From: the human T2T-CHM13v2.0 reference genome, Homo sapiens
Direction: 5' to 3' (one strand)
Length of the DNA stretch: 64,000 nucleotides
Assembly: GCF_009914755.1 (NCBI RefSeq)
Contig: NC_060942.1
Below the pieces are notes generated by a model. It was not told where the DNA came from. It did not search any database and was given only the letters and a program-made list of their open reading frames with translations. Made by a program: the position numbers and the translations under genes. Below are positions 26,916-41,400 of this stretch, in pieces (position 1 is the stretch's first letter; each line of letters opens with the position of its first letter).

Positions 26916-29900
26916 CATTCTCAGAAACTAGTTTCTGATGTGTGTCCTCAACTAACACAGTTGAACATTTCTTTAGACAGAACAGTTTTGAAACTCTCTT
27001 TTTGTGGAATCTGCAAGTGGCTATTTGGCTAGATTTGAGGATTTCGTTGGAAACGGGATTACATATAAAAAGCAGACAGCAGCATTCTCAGAAAGTTCTT
27101 TGTGATGATTGCATTCAAGTCACAGAATTGAACATTCCCTTTCACAGAGCAGGTTTGAAACACTCTTTTTGTAGTGTGTGTAAGTGGACATTTGGAGCAC
27201 TTTCCGGCCTAAGGTGAGAAAGGAAATATCTTCCCATAAAAACTAGACAGAAGCATTCTCAGAAACTTACTCGTGATGTGTGTCCTCAACTAAAGGAGTA
27301 GAACCTTTCTTTCATAGAGAAGTTTTGAAACGCTCTTTTTGTGGAATCTGCAAGTGGATATTTGGCTAGTTTGGAGGATTTCGTTGGAAGCGGGAATTCA
27401 TACAAATTGCAGACTGCAGCGTTCTGAGAAACATCTTTGTGATGTTTGTATTCAGGACACAGAGTTGAACATTCCCTATCATAGAGCAGGTTGGAATCAC
27501 TCCTTTTGTAGTATCTGGAAGTGGACATTTGGAGTGCTTTCAGGCCTATGTTGGAAAAGGAAATATCTTCCCATAACAACTAGACAGAAGCATTCTCAGA
27601 AACTTATTTGAGATGTGTGTACTCAACTAAGAGAATTGAACCACCGTTTTGAAGGAGCAGTTTTGAAACACTCTTTTTCTGGAATCTGCAAGTGGATATT
27701 TGGCTAGCTTTGGGGATTTCGCTGGAGGCGGGAATACATATAAAAAGCACACAGCAGCGTTCTGAGAAACTGCTTTCTGATGTTTGCATTCAAGTCAAAA
27801 GTTGAACACTCCCTTTCATAGAGCAGTCCTGAAACACTCCTTTTGTAGTATCTGGAACTGGACTTTTGGAGCGCTTTCAGGGCTAAGGTGAAAATGGAAA
27901 TATCTTCCCATAAAAACTGGACAGAAGCATTCTCAGAAACTTGTTTATGCTGTATCTACTCAACTAACAAAGTTGAACCTTTCTTTTGATAGAGCAGTTT
28001 TGAAATGCTCTTTTTGTGGAATCTGCAAGTGGATATTTGGCTAGTTTTGAGGATTTCGCTGGAAGCGGGAATTCATACAAATTGCAGACTGCAGCGTTCT
28101 GTGAAACATCTTTGTGATGTTTGTATTCAGGACAGAGAGTTGAACATTCCCTATCATAGAGCAGGTTGGAATCACTCCTTTTGTAGTATCTGGAAGTGGA
28201 CATTTGGAGCGCTTTCAGGCCTATGTTGAAAAAGGAAATATCTTCCCATAACAACTAGACACAAGCATTCTCAGAAACTTGTTTGTGATGTGTGCCCTCT
28301 ACTGACAGAGTTGAACCTTTCTTTTCATAGAGCAGTTTTGAAACACTCTTTTTGTAGAATCTGCAAGAGGATATTTGCATAGCTTTGAGGATTTCGTGGG
28401 AAACGGGATTGTCTTCAGGTAAAATCTAGACAGAAGCATTCTCAGAAACTTCTTTGGGATGTTTGCATTCAAGTCACAGAGTAGAACATTCCCTTTGGTA
28501 GAGCAGGTTTGAAACACTCTTTTTGTAGTATCTGGAAGTGGACATTTGGAGCGCTTTCAGGCCTATGTTGGAAAGGGAAATATCTTCCCGTAACAACTAG
28601 GCAGAAGCATTCTCAGAAACTTATTTGAGATGTGTGTACTCAACTAAGAGAATTGAACCACCGTTTTGAAGGAGCAGTTTTGAAACACTCTTTTTCTGGA
28701 ATCTGCAAGAGGATATTTGCCTAGCCTTGAGGATTTCGTTGGAAACGGGATTGTCTTCAGATCAAATCTAGACAGAAGCATTCTCAGAAACTTCTTTGGG
28801 ATGTTTGCATTCAAGTCACAGAGTAGAACATTCCCTTTGGTAGAGCAGGTTTGAAACACTCTTTTTTTAGTATATGGAAGTGGACATTTGGAGCGCTTTC
28901 AGGCCTACGTTGGAAAAGGAAATATCTTCCCATAACAACTAGACAGAAGCATTCTCAGAAACTAGTTTCTGATGTGTGTCCTCAACTAACACAGTTGAAC
29001 ATTTCTTTAGACAGAACAGTTTTGAAACACTCTTTTTGTGGAATCTGCAAGTGGCTATTTGGCTAGATTTGAGGATTTCGTTGGAAACGGGATTACATAT
29101 AAAAAGCAGACAGCAGCATTCTCAGAAAGTTCTTTGTGATGATTGCATTCAAGTCACAGAATTGAACATTCCCTTTCACAGAGCAGGTTTGAAACACTCT
29201 TTTTGTAGTGTGTGTAAGTGGACATTTGGAGCACTTTCCGGCCTAAGGTGAAAAAGGAAATATCTTCCCATAAAAACTAGACAGAAGCACTCTCAGAAAC
29301 TTACTCGTGATGTGTGTCCTCAACTAAAGGAGTAGAACCTTTCTTTTCATAGAGAAGTTTTGAAACGCTCTTTTTGTGGAATCTGCAAGTGGATATTTGG
29401 CTAGTTTGGAGGATTTCGTTGGAAGCGGGAATTCATACAAATTGCAGACTGCAGCGTTCTGAGAAACATCTTTGTGATGTTTGTATTCAGGACACAGAGT
29501 TGAACATTCCCTATCATAGAGCAGGTTTGAATCACTCCTTTTGTAGTATCTGGAAGTGGACATTTGGAGCGCTTTCAGGCCTATGTTGGAAAAGGAAATA
29601 TCTTCCCATAACAACTAGACAGAAGCATTCTCAGAAACTTATTTGAGATGTGTGTACTCAACTAAGAGAATTGAACCACCGTTTTGAAGGAGCAGTTTTG
29701 AAACACTCTTTTTCTGGAATCTGCAAGTGGATATTTGGCTAGCTTTGGGGATTTCGCTGGAAGCGGGAATACATATAAAAAGCACACAGCAGCGTTCTGA
29801 GAAACTGCTTTCTGATGTTTGCATTCAAGTCAAAAGTTGAACACTCCCTTTCATAGTGCAGTCTGAAACACTCCTTTTGTAGTATCTGGAACTGGACTTT

Positions 29901-32900
29901 TGGAGCGCTTTCAGGGCTAAGGTGAAAAAGGAAATATCTTCCCATAAAAACTGGACAGAAGCATTCTCAGAAACTTGTTTATGCTGTATCTACTCAACTA
30001 ACAAAGTTGAACCTTTCTTTTGATAGAGCAGTTTTGAAATGCTCTTTTTGTGGAATCTGCAAGTGGATATTTGGCTAGTTTTGAGGATTTCGCTGGAAGC
30101 GGGAATTCATACAAATTGCAGACTGCAGCGTTCTGAGAAACATCTTTGTGATGTTTGTATTCAGGACAGAGAGTTGAACATTCCCTATCATAGAGCAGGT
30201 TGGAATCACTCCTTTTGTAGTATCTGGAAGTGGACATTTGGAGCGCTTTCAGGCCTATGTTGAAAAAGGAAATATCTTCCCATAACAACTAGACACAAGC
30301 ATTCTCAGAAACTTGTTTGTGATGTGTGCCCTCTACTGACAGAGTTGAACCTTTCTTTTCATAGAGCAGTTTTGAAACACTCTTTTTGTAGAATCTGCAA
30401 GAGGATATTTGCATAGCTTTGAGGATTTCGTGGGAAACGGGATTGTCTTCAGGTAAAATCTAGACAGAAGCATTCTCAGAAACTTCTTTGGGATGTTTGC
30501 ATTCAAGTCACAGAGTAGAACATTCCCTTTGGTAGAGCAGGTTTGAAACACTCTTTTTGTAGTATCTGGAAGTGGACATTTGGAGCGCTTTCAGGCCTAT
30601 GTTGGAAAGGGAAATATCTTCCCGTAACAACTAGGCAGAAGCATTCTCAGAAACTTATTTGAGATGTGTGTACTCAACTAAGAGAATTGAACCACCGTTT
30701 TGAAGGAGCAGTTTTGAAACACTCTTTTTCTGGAATCTGCAAGAGGATATTTGCCTAGCCTTGAGGATTTCGTTGGAAACGGGATTGTCTTCAGATCAAA
30801 TCTAGACAGAAGCATTCTCAGAAACTTCTTTGAGATGTTTGCATTCAAGTCACAGAGTAGAACATTCCCTTTGGTAGAGCAGGTTTGAAACACTCTTTTT
30901 TTAGTATATGGAAGTGGACATTTGGAGCGCTTTCAGGCCTACGTTGGAAAAGGAAATATCTTCCCATAACAACTAGACAGAAGCATTCTCAGAAACTAGT
31001 TTCTGATGTGTGTCCTCAACTAACACAGTTGAACATTTCTTTAGACAGAACAGTTTTGAAACTCTCTTTTTGTGGAATCTGCAAGTGGCTATTTGGCTAG
31101 ATTTGAGGATTTCGTTGGAAACGGGATTACATATAAAAAGCAGACAGCAGCATTCTCAGAAAGTTCTTTGTGATGATTGCATTCAAGTCACAGAATTGAA
31201 CATTCCCTTTCACAGAGCAGGTTTGAAACACTCTTTTTGTAGTGTGTGTAAGTGGACATTTGGAGCACTTTCCGGCCTAAGGTGAAAAAGGAAATATCTT
31301 CCCATAAAAACTAGACAGAAGCATTCTCAGAAACTTACTCGTGATGTGTGTCCTCAACTAAAGGAGTAGAACCTTTCTTTTCATAGAGAAGTTTTGAAAC
31401 GCTCTTTTTGTGGAATCTGCAAGTGGATATTTGGCTAGTTTGGAGGATTTCGTTGGAAGCGGGAATTCATACAAATTGCAGACTGCAGCGTTCTGAGAAA
31501 CATCTTTGTGATGTTTGTATTCAGGACACAGAGTTGAACATTCCCTATCATAGAGCAGGTTTGAATCACTCCTTTTGTAGTATCTGGAAGTGGACATTTG
31601 GAGCGCTTTCAGGCCTATGTTGGAAAAGGAAATATCTTCCCATAACAACTAGACAGAAGCATTCTCAGAAACTTATTTGAGATGTGTGTACTCAACTAAG
31701 AGAATTGAACCACCGTTTTGAAGGAGCAGTTTTGAAACACTCTTTTTCTGGAATCTGCAAGTGGATATTTGGCTAGCTTTGGGGATTTCGCTGGAGGCGG
31801 GAATACATATAAAAAGCACACAGCAGCGTTCTGAGAAACTGCTTTCTGATGTTTGCATTCAAGTCAAAAGTTGAACACTCCCTTTCATAGAGCAGTCCTG
31901 AAACACTCCTTTTGTAGTATCTGGAACTGGACTTTTGGAGCGCTTTCAGGGCTAAGGTGAAAAAGGAAATATCTTCCCATAAAAACTGGACAGAAGCATT
32001 CTCAGAAACTTTTTTATGCTGTATCTACTCAACTAACAAAGTTGAACCTTTCTTTTGATAGAGCAGTTTTGAAATGCTCTTTTTGTGGAATCTGCAAGTG
32101 GATATTTGGCTAGTTTTGAGGATTTCGTTGGAAGCGGGAATTCATACAAATTGCAGACTGCAGCGTTCTGAGAAACATCTTTGTGATGTTTGTATTCAGG
32201 ACAGAGAGTTGAACATTCCCTATCATAGAGCAGGTTGGAATCACTCCTTTTGTAGTATCTGGAAGTGGACATTTGGAGCGCTTTCTGGCCTATGTTGAAA
32301 AAGGAAATATCTTCCCATAACAACTAGACACAAGCATTCTCAGAAACTTGTTTGTGATGTGTGCCCTCTACTGACAGAGTTGAACCTTTCTTTTCATAGA
32401 GCAGTTTTGAAACACTCTTTTTGTAGAATCTGCAAGAGGATATTTGCATAGCTTTGAGGATTTCGTGGGAAACGGGATTGTCTTCAGGTAAAATCTAGAC
32501 AGAAGCATTCTCAGAAACTTCTTTGGGATGTTTGCATTCAAGTCACAGAGTAGAACATTCCCTTTAGTAGAGCAGGTTTGAAACACTCTTTTTGTAGTAT
32601 CTGGAAGTGGACATTTGGAGCGCTTTCAGGCCTATGTTGGAAAGGGAAATATCTTCCGGTAACAACTAGGCAGAAGCATTCTCAGAAACTTATTTGAGAT
32701 GTGTGTACTCAACTAAGAGAATTGAACCACCGTTTTGAAGGAGCAGTTTTGAAACACTCTTTTTCTGGAATCTGCAAGAGGATATTTGCCTAGCTTTGAG
32801 GATTTCGTTGGAAACGGGATTGTGTTCAGATCAAATCTAGACAGAAGCATTCTCAGAAACTTCTTTGGGATGTTTGCATTCAAGTCACAGAGTAGAACAT

Positions 32901-33018
32901 TCCCTTTGGTAGAGCAGGTGTGAAACACTCTTTTTTTAGTATATGGAAGTGGACATTTGGAGCGCTTTCAGGCCTACGTTGGAAAAGGAAATATCTTCCC
33001 ATAACAACTAGACAGAAG

Positions 33019-33693
33019 CATTCTCAGAAACTAGTTTCTGATGTGTGTCCTCAACTAACACAGTTGAACATTTCTTTAGACAGAACAGTTTTGAAACTCT
33101 CTTTTTGTGGAATCTGCAAGTGGCTATTTGGCTAGATTTGAGGATTTCGTTGGAAACGGGATTACATATAAAAAGCAGACAGCAGCATTCTCAGAAAGTT
33201 CTTTGTGATGATTGCATTCAAGTCACAGAATTGAACATTCCCTTTCACAGAGCAGGTTTGAAACACTCTTTTTGTAGTGTGTGTAAGTGGACATTTGGAG
33301 CACTTTCCGGCCTAAGGTGAGAAAGGAAATATCTTCCCATAAAAACTAGACAGAAGCATTCTCAGAAACTTACTCGTGATGTGTGTCCTCAACTAAAGGA
33401 GTAGAACCTTTCTTTCATAGAGAAGTTTTGAAACGCTCTTTTTGTGGAATCTGCAAGTGGATATTTGGCTAGTTTTGAGGATTTCGTTGGAAGCGGGAAT
33501 TCATACAAATTGCAGACTGCAGCGTTCTGAGAAACATCTTTGTGATGTTTGTATTCAGGACACAGAGTTGAACATTCCCTATCATAGAGCAGGTTGGAAT
33601 CACTCCTTTTGTAGTATCTGGAAGTGGACATTTGGAGCGCTTTCAGGCCTACGTTGGAAAAGGAAATATCTTCCCATAACAACTAGACAGAAG
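33019..33693 (+). repeat. 4-mer HOR variant (m1-3 plus m4/m12 hybrid), copy 1
   Basis: Unit is 675 bp; m4 sequence switches to the m12 end (CCTACGTTGG) and m1 follows; fused 122-aa artefact ORF at 33442. Confidence 0.92.
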
Positions 33694-36600
33694 CATTCTC
33701 AGAAACTAGTTTCTGATGTGTGTCCTCAACTAACACAGTTGAACATTTCTTTAGACAGAACAGTTTTGAAACACTCTTTTTGTGGAATCTGCAAGTGGCT
33801 ATTTGGCTAGATTTGAGGATTTCGTTGGAAACGGGATTACATATAAAAAGCAGACAGCAGCATTCTCAGAAAGTTCTTTGTGATGATTGCATTCAAGTCA
33901 CAGAATTGAACATTCCCTTTCACAGAGCAGGTTTGAAACACTCTTTTTGTAGTGTGTGTAAGTGGACATTTGGAGCACTTTCCGGCCTAAGGTGAAAAAG
34001 GAAATATCTTCCCATAAAAACTAGACAGAAGCACTCTCAGAAACTTACTCGTGATGTGTGTCCTCAACTAAAGGAGTAGAACCTTTCTTTTCATAGAGAA
34101 GTTTTGAAACGCTCTTTTTGTGGAATCTGCAAGTGGATATTTGGCTAGTTTTGAGGATTTCGTTGGAAGCGGGAATTCATACAAATTGCAGACTGCAGCG
34201 TTCTGAGAAACATCTTTGTGATGTTTGTATTCAGGACACAGAGTTGAACATTCCCTATCATAGAGCAGGTTTGAATCACTCCTTTTGTAGTATCTGGAAG
34301 TGGACATTTGGAGCGCTTTCAGGCCTATGTTGGAAAAGGAAATATCTTCCCATAACAACTAGACAGAAGCATTCTCAGAAACTTATTTGAGATGTGTGTA
34401 CTCAACTAAGAGAATTGAACCACCGTTTTGAAGGAGCAGTTTTGAAACACTCTTTTTCTGGAATCTGCAAGTGGATATTTGGCTAGCTTTGGGGATTTCG
34501 CTGGAAGCGGGAATACATATAAAAAGCACACAGCAGCGTTCTGAGAAACTGCTTTCTGATGTTTGCATTCAAGTCAAAAGTTGAACACTCCCTTTCATAG
34601 TGCAGTCCTGAAACACTCCTTTTGTAGTATCTGGAACTGGACTTTTGGAGCGCTTTCAGGGCTAAGGTGAAAAAGGAAATATCTTCCCATAAAAACTGGA
34701 CAGAAGCATTCTCAGAAACTTGTTTATGCTGTATCTACTCAACTAACAAAGTTGAACCTTTCTTTTGATAGAGCAGTTTTGAAATGCTCTTTTTGTGGAA
34801 TCTGCAAGTGGATATTTGGCTAGTTTTGAGGATTTCGTTGGAAGCGGGAATTCATACAAATTGCAGACTGCAGCGTTCTGAGAAACATCTTTGTGATGTT
34901 TGTATTCAGGACAGAGAGTTGAACATTCCCTATCATAGAGCAGGTTGGAATCACTCCTTTTGTAGTATCTGGAAGTGGACATTTGGAGCGCTTTCAGGCC
35001 TATGTTGAAAAAGGAGATATCTTCCCATAACAACTAGACACAAGCATTCTCAGAAACTTGTTTGTGATGTGTGCCCTCTACTGACAGAGTTGAACCTTTC
35101 TTTTCATAGAGCAGTTTTGAAACACTCTTTTTGTAGAATCTGCAAGAGGATATTTGCATAGCTTTGAGGATTTCGTGGGAAACGGGATTGTCTTCAGGTA
35201 AAATCTAGACAGAAGCATTCTCAGAAACTTCTTTGGGATGTTTGCATTCAAGTCACAGAGTAGAACATTCCCTTTGGTAGAGCAGGTTTGAAACACTCTT
35301 TTTGTAGTATCTGGAAGTGGACATTTGGAGCGCTTTCAGGCCTATGTTGGAAAGGGAAATATCTTCCCGTAACAACTAGGCAGAAGCATTCTCAGAAACT
35401 TATTTGAGATGTGTGTACTCAACTAAGAGAATTGAACCACCGTTTTGAAGGAGCAGTTTTGAAACACTCTTTTTCTGGAATCTGCAAGAGGATATTTGCC
35501 TAGCCTTGAGGATTTCGTTGGAAACGGGATTGTCTTCAGATCAAATCTAGACAGAAGCATTCTCAGAAACTTCTTTGGGATGTTTGCATTCAAGTCACAG
35601 AGTAGAACATTCCCTTTGGTAGAGCAGGTTTGAAACACTCTTTTTTTAGTATATGGAAGTGGACATTTGGAGCGCTTTCAGGCCTACGTTGGAAAAGGAA
35701 ATATCTTCCCATAACAACTAGACAGAAGCATTCTCAGAAACTAGTTTCTGATGTGTGTCCTCAACTAACACAGTTGAACATTTCTTTAGACAGAACAGTT
35801 TTGAAACTCTCTTTTTGTGGAATCTGCAAGTGGCTATTTGGCTAGATTTGAGGATTTCGTTGGAAACGGGATTACATATAAAAAGCAGACAGCAGCATTC
35901 TCAGAAAGTTCTTTGTGATGATTGCATTCAAGTCACAGAATTGAACATTCCCTTTCACAGAGCAGGTTTGAAACACTCTTTTTATAGTGTGTGTAAGTGG
36001 ACATTTGGAGCACTTTCCGGCCTAAGGTGAAAAAGGAAATATCTTCCCATAAAAACTAGACAGAAGCATTCTCAGAAACTTACTCGTGATGTGTGTCCTC
36101 AACTAAAGGAGTAGAACCTTTCTTTTCATAGAGAAGTTTTGAAACGCTCTTTTTGTGGAATCTGCAAGTGGATATTTGGCTAGTTTGGAGGATTTCGTTG
36201 GAAGCGGGAATTCATACAAATTGCAGACTGCAGCGTTCTGAGAAACATCTTTGTGATGTTTGTATTCAGGACACAGAGTTGAACATTCCCTATCATAGAG
36301 CAGGTTGGAATCACTCCTTTTGTAGTATCTGGAAGTGGACATTTGGAGTGCTTTCAGGCCTATGTTGGAAAAGGAAATATCTTCCCATAACAACTAGACA
36401 GAAGCATTCTCAGAAACTTATTTGAGATGTGTGTACTCAACTAAGAGAATTGAACCACCGTTTTGAAGGAGCAGTTTTGAAACACTCTTTTTCTGGAATC
36501 TGCAAGTGGATATTTGGCTAGCTTTGGGGATTTCGCTGGAGGCGGGAATACAAATAAAAAGCACACAGCAGCGTTCTGAGAAACTGCTTTCTGATGTTTG

Positions 36601-37763
36601 CATTCAAGTCAAAAGTTGAACACTCCCTTTCATAGAGCAGTCCTGAAACACTCCTTTTGTAGTATCTGGAACTGGACTTTTGGAGCGCTTTCAGGGCTAA
36701 GGTGAAAAAGGAAATATCTTCCCATAAAAACTGGACAGAAGCATTCTCAGAAACTTTTTTATGCTGTATCTACTCAACTAACAAAGTTGAACCTTTCTTT
36801 TGATAGAGCAGTTTTGAAATGCTCTTTTTGTGGAATCTGCAAGTGGATATTTGGCTAGTTTTGAGGATTTCGTTGGAAGCGGGAATTCATACAAATTGCA
36901 GACTGCAGCGTTCTGAGAAACATCTTTGTGATGTTTGTATTCAGGACAGAGAGTTGAACATTCCCTATCATAGAGCAGGTTGGAATCACTCCTTTTGTAG
37001 TATCTGGAAGTGGACATTTGGAGCGCTTTCTGGCCTATGTTGAAAAAGGAAATATCTTCCCATAACAACTAGACACAAGCATTCTCAGAAACTTGTTTGT
37101 GATGTGTGCCCTCTACTGACAGAGTTGAACCTTTCTTTTCATAGAGCAGTTTTGAAACACTCTTTTTGTAGAATCTGCAAGAGGATATTTGCATAGCTTT
37201 GAGGATTTCGTGGGAAACGGGATTGTCTTCAGGTAAAATCTAGACAGAAGCATTCTCAGAAACTTCTTTGGGATGTTTGCATTCAAGTCACAGAGTAGAA
37301 CATTCCCTTTGGTAGAGCAGGTTTGAAACACTCTTTTTGTAGTATCTGGAAGTGGACATTTGGAGCGCTTTCAGGCCTATGTTGGAAAGGGAAATATCTT
37401 CCGGTAACAACTAGGCAGAAGCATTCTCAGAAACTTATTTGAGATGTGTGTACTCAACTAAGAGAATTGAACCACCGTTTTGAAGGAGCAGTTTTGAAAC
37501 ACTCTTTTTCTGGAATCTGCAAGAGGATATTTGCCTAGCTTTGAGGATTTCGTTGGAAACGGGATTGTGTTCAGATCAAATCTAGACAGAAGCATTCTCA
37601 GAAACTTCTTTGGGATGTTTGCATTCAAGTCACAGAGTAGAACATTCCCTTTGGTAGAGCAGGTGTGAAACACTCTTTTTTTAGTATATGGAAGTGGACA
37701 TTTGGAGCGCTTTCAGGCCTACGTTGGAAAAGGAAATATCTTCCCATAACAACTAGACAGAAG

Positions 37764-38438
37764 CATTCTCAGAAACTAGTTTCTGATGTGTGTCCTCAAC
37801 TAACACAGTTGAACATTTCTTTAGACAGAACAGTTTTGAAACTCTCTTTTTGTGGAATCTGCAAGTGGCTATTTGGCTAGATTTGAGGATTTCGTTGGAA
37901 ACGGGATTACATATAAAAAGCAGACAGCAGCATTCTCAGAAAGTTCTTTGTGATGATTGCATTCAAGTCACAGAATTGAACATTCCCTTTCACAGAGCAG
38001 GTTTGAAACACTCTTTTTGTAGTGTGTGTAAGTGGACATTTGGAGCACTTTCCGGCCTAAGGTGAGAAAGGAAATATCTTCCCATAAAAACTAGACAGAA
38101 GCATTCTCAGAAACTTACTCGTGATGTGTGTCCTCAACTAAAGGAGTAGAACCTTTCTTTCATAGAGAAGTTTTGAAACGCTCTTTTTGTGGAATCTGCA
38201 AGTGGATATTTGGCTAGTTTTGAGGATTTCGTTGGAAGCGGGAATTCATACAAATTGCAGACTGCAGCGTTCTGAGAAACATCTTTGTGATGTTTGTATT
38301 CAGGACACAGAGTTGAACATTCCCTATCATAGAGCAGGTTGGAATCACTCCTTTTGTAGTATCTGGAAGTGGACATTTGGAGCGCTTTCAGGCCTACGTT
38401 GGAAAAGGAAATATCTTCCCATAACAACTAGACAGAAG
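37764..38438 (+). repeat. 4-mer HOR variant, copy 2
   Basis: Unit is 675 bp with the same junction; fused ORF at 38187. Confidence 0.92.
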
Positions 38439-41400
38439 CATTCTCAGAAACTAGTTTCTGATGTGTGTCCTCAACTAACACAGTTGAACATTTCTTTAGA
38501 CAGAACAGTTTTGAAACACTCTTTTTGTGGAATCTGCAAGTGGCTATTTGGCTAGATTTGAGGATTTCGTTGGAAACGGGATTACATATAAAAAGCAGAC
38601 AGCAGCATTCTCAGAAAGTTCTTTGTGATGATTGCATTCAAGTCACAGAATTGAACATTCCCTTTCACAGAGCAGGTTTGAAACACTCTTTTTGTAGTGT
38701 GTGTAAGTGGACATTTGGAGCACTTTCCGGCCTAAGGTGAAAAAGGAAATATCTTCCCATAAAAACTAGACAGAAGCACTCTCAGAAACTTACTCGTGAT
38801 GTGTGTCCTCAACTAAAGGAGTAGAACCTTTGTTTTCATAGATAAGTTTTGAAACGCTCTTTTTGTGGAATCTGCAAGTGGATATTTGGCTAGTTTGGAG
38901 GATTTCGTTGGAAGCGGGAATTCATACAAATTGCAGACTGCAGCGTTCTGAGAAACATCTTTGTGATGTTTGTATTCAGGACACAGAGTTGAACATTCCC
39001 TATCATAGAGCAGGTTTGAATCACTCCTTTTGTAGTATCTGGAAGTGGACATTTGGAGCGCTTTCAGGCCTATGTTGGAAAAGGAAATATCTTCCCATAA
39101 CAACTAGACAGAAGCATTCTCAGAAACTTATTTGAGATGTGTGTACTCAACTAAGAGAATTGAACCACCGTTTTGAAGGAGCAGTTTTGAAACACTCTTT
39201 TTCTGGAATCTGCAAGTGGATATTTGGCTAGATTTGGGGATTTCGCTGGAAGCGGGAATACATATAAAAAGCACACAGCAGCGTTCTGAGAAACTGCTTT
39301 CTGATGTTTGCATTCAAGTCAAAAGTTGAACACTCCCTTTCATAGAGCAGTCCTGAAACACTCCTTTTGTAGTATCTGGAACTGGACTTTTGGAGCGCTT
39401 TCAGGGCTAAGGTGAAAAAGGAAATATCTTCCCATAAAAACTGGACAGAAGCATTCTCAGAAACTTGTTTATGCTGTATCTACTCAACTAACAAAGTTGA
39501 ACCTTTCTTTTGATAGAGCAGTTTTGAAATGCTCTTTTTGTGGAATCTGCAAGTGGATATTTGGCTAGTTTTGAGGATTTCGTTGGAAGCGGGAATTCAT
39601 ACAAATTGCAGACTGCAGCGTTCTGAGAAACATCTTTGTGATGTTTGTATTCAGGACACAGAGTTGAACATTCCCTATCATAGAGCAGGTTGGAATCACT
39701 CCTTTTGTAGTATCTGGAAGTGGACATTTGGAGCGCTTTCTGGCCTATGTTGAAAAAGGAAATATCTTCCCATAACAACTAGACACAAGCATTCTCAGAA
39801 ACTTGTTTGTGATGTGTGCCCTCTACTGACAGAGTTGAACCTTTCTTTTCATAGAGCAGTTTTGAAACACTCTTTTTGTAGAATCTGCAAGAGGATATTT
39901 GCATAGCTTTGAGGATTTCGTGGGAAACGGGATTGTCTTCAGGTAAAATCTAGACAGAAGCATTCTCAGAAACTTCTTTGGGATGTTTGCATTCAAGTCA
40001 CAGAGTAGAACATTCCCTTTGGTAGAGCAGGTTTGAAACACTCTTTTTGTAGTATCTGGAAGTGGACATTTGGAGCGCTTTCAGGCCTATGTTGGAAAGG
40101 GAAATATCTTCCCGTAACAACTAGGCAGAAGCATTCTCAGAAACTTATTTGAGATGTGTGTACTCAACTAAGAGAATTGAATCACCGTTTTGAAGGAGCA
40201 GTTTTGAAACACTCTTTTTCTGGAATCTGCAAGAGGATATTTGCCTAGCCTTGAGGATTTCGTTGGAAACGGGATTGTCTTCAGATCAAATCTAGACAGA
40301 AGCATTCTCAGAAACTTCTTTGGGATGTTTGCATTCAAGTCACAGAGTAGAACATTCCCTTTGGTAGAGCAGGTTTGAAACACTCTTTTTGTAGTATCTG
40401 GAAGTGGACATTTGGAGCGCTTTCAGGCCTACGTTGGAAAAGGAAATATCTTCCCATAACAACTAGACAGAAGCATTCTCAGAAACTAGTTTCTGATGTG
40501 TGTCCTCAACTAACACAGTTGAACATTTCTTTAGACAGAACAGTTTTGAAACACTCTTTTTGTGGAATCTGCAAGTGGCTATTTGGCTAGATTTGAGGAT
40601 TTCGTTGGAAACGGGATTACATATAAAAAGCAGACAGCAGCATTCTCAGAACGTTCTTTGTGATGATTGCATTCAAGTCACAGAATTGAACATTCCCTTT
40701 CACAGAGCAGGTTTGAAACACTCTTTTTGTAGTGTGTGTAAGTGGACATTTGGAGCACTTTCCGGCCTAAGGTGAAAAAGGAAATATCTTCCCATAAAAA
40801 CTAGACAGAAGCATTCTCAGAAACTTACTCGTGATGTGTGTCCTCAACTAAAGGAGTAGAACCTTTCTTTTCATAGAGAAGTTTTGAAACGCTCTTTTTG
40901 TGGAATCTGCAAGTGGATATTTGGCTAGTTTGGAGGATTTCGTTGGAAGCGGGAATTCATACAAATTGCAGACTGCAGCGTTCTGAGAAACATCTTTGTG
41001 ATGTTTGTATTCAGGACACAGAGTTGAACATTCCCTATCATAGAGCAGGTTGGAATCACTCCTTTTGTAGTATCTGGAAGTGGACATTTGGAGCGCTTTC
41101 AGGCCTATGTTGGAAAAGGAAATATCTTCCCATAACAACTAGACAGAAGCATTCTCAGAAACTTATTTGAGATGTGTGTACTCAACTAAGAGAATTGAAC
41201 CACCGTTTTGAAGGAGCAGTTTTGAAACACTCTTTTTCTGGAATCTGCAAGTGGATATTTGGCTAGCTTTGGGGATTTCGCTGGAGGCGGGAATACATAT
41301 AAAAAGCACACAGCAGCGTTCTGAGAAACTGCTTTCTGATGTTTGCATTCAAGTCAAAAGTTGAACACTCCCTTTCATAGAGCAGTCCTGAAACACTCCT

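Noticed and set aside
9350-29870. Isolated 1-bp deletions (~9352, ~12580, ~29863)
   Set aside because: These are singletons in or next to homopolymers or short runs; they cannot be told apart from sequencing error or trivial slippage.
33442-33810. Longer 122-aa ORF repeated five times
   Set aside because: It is an in-frame fusion of two artefact ORFs created by the m4/m12 junction; useful only as a marker of the 4-mer.
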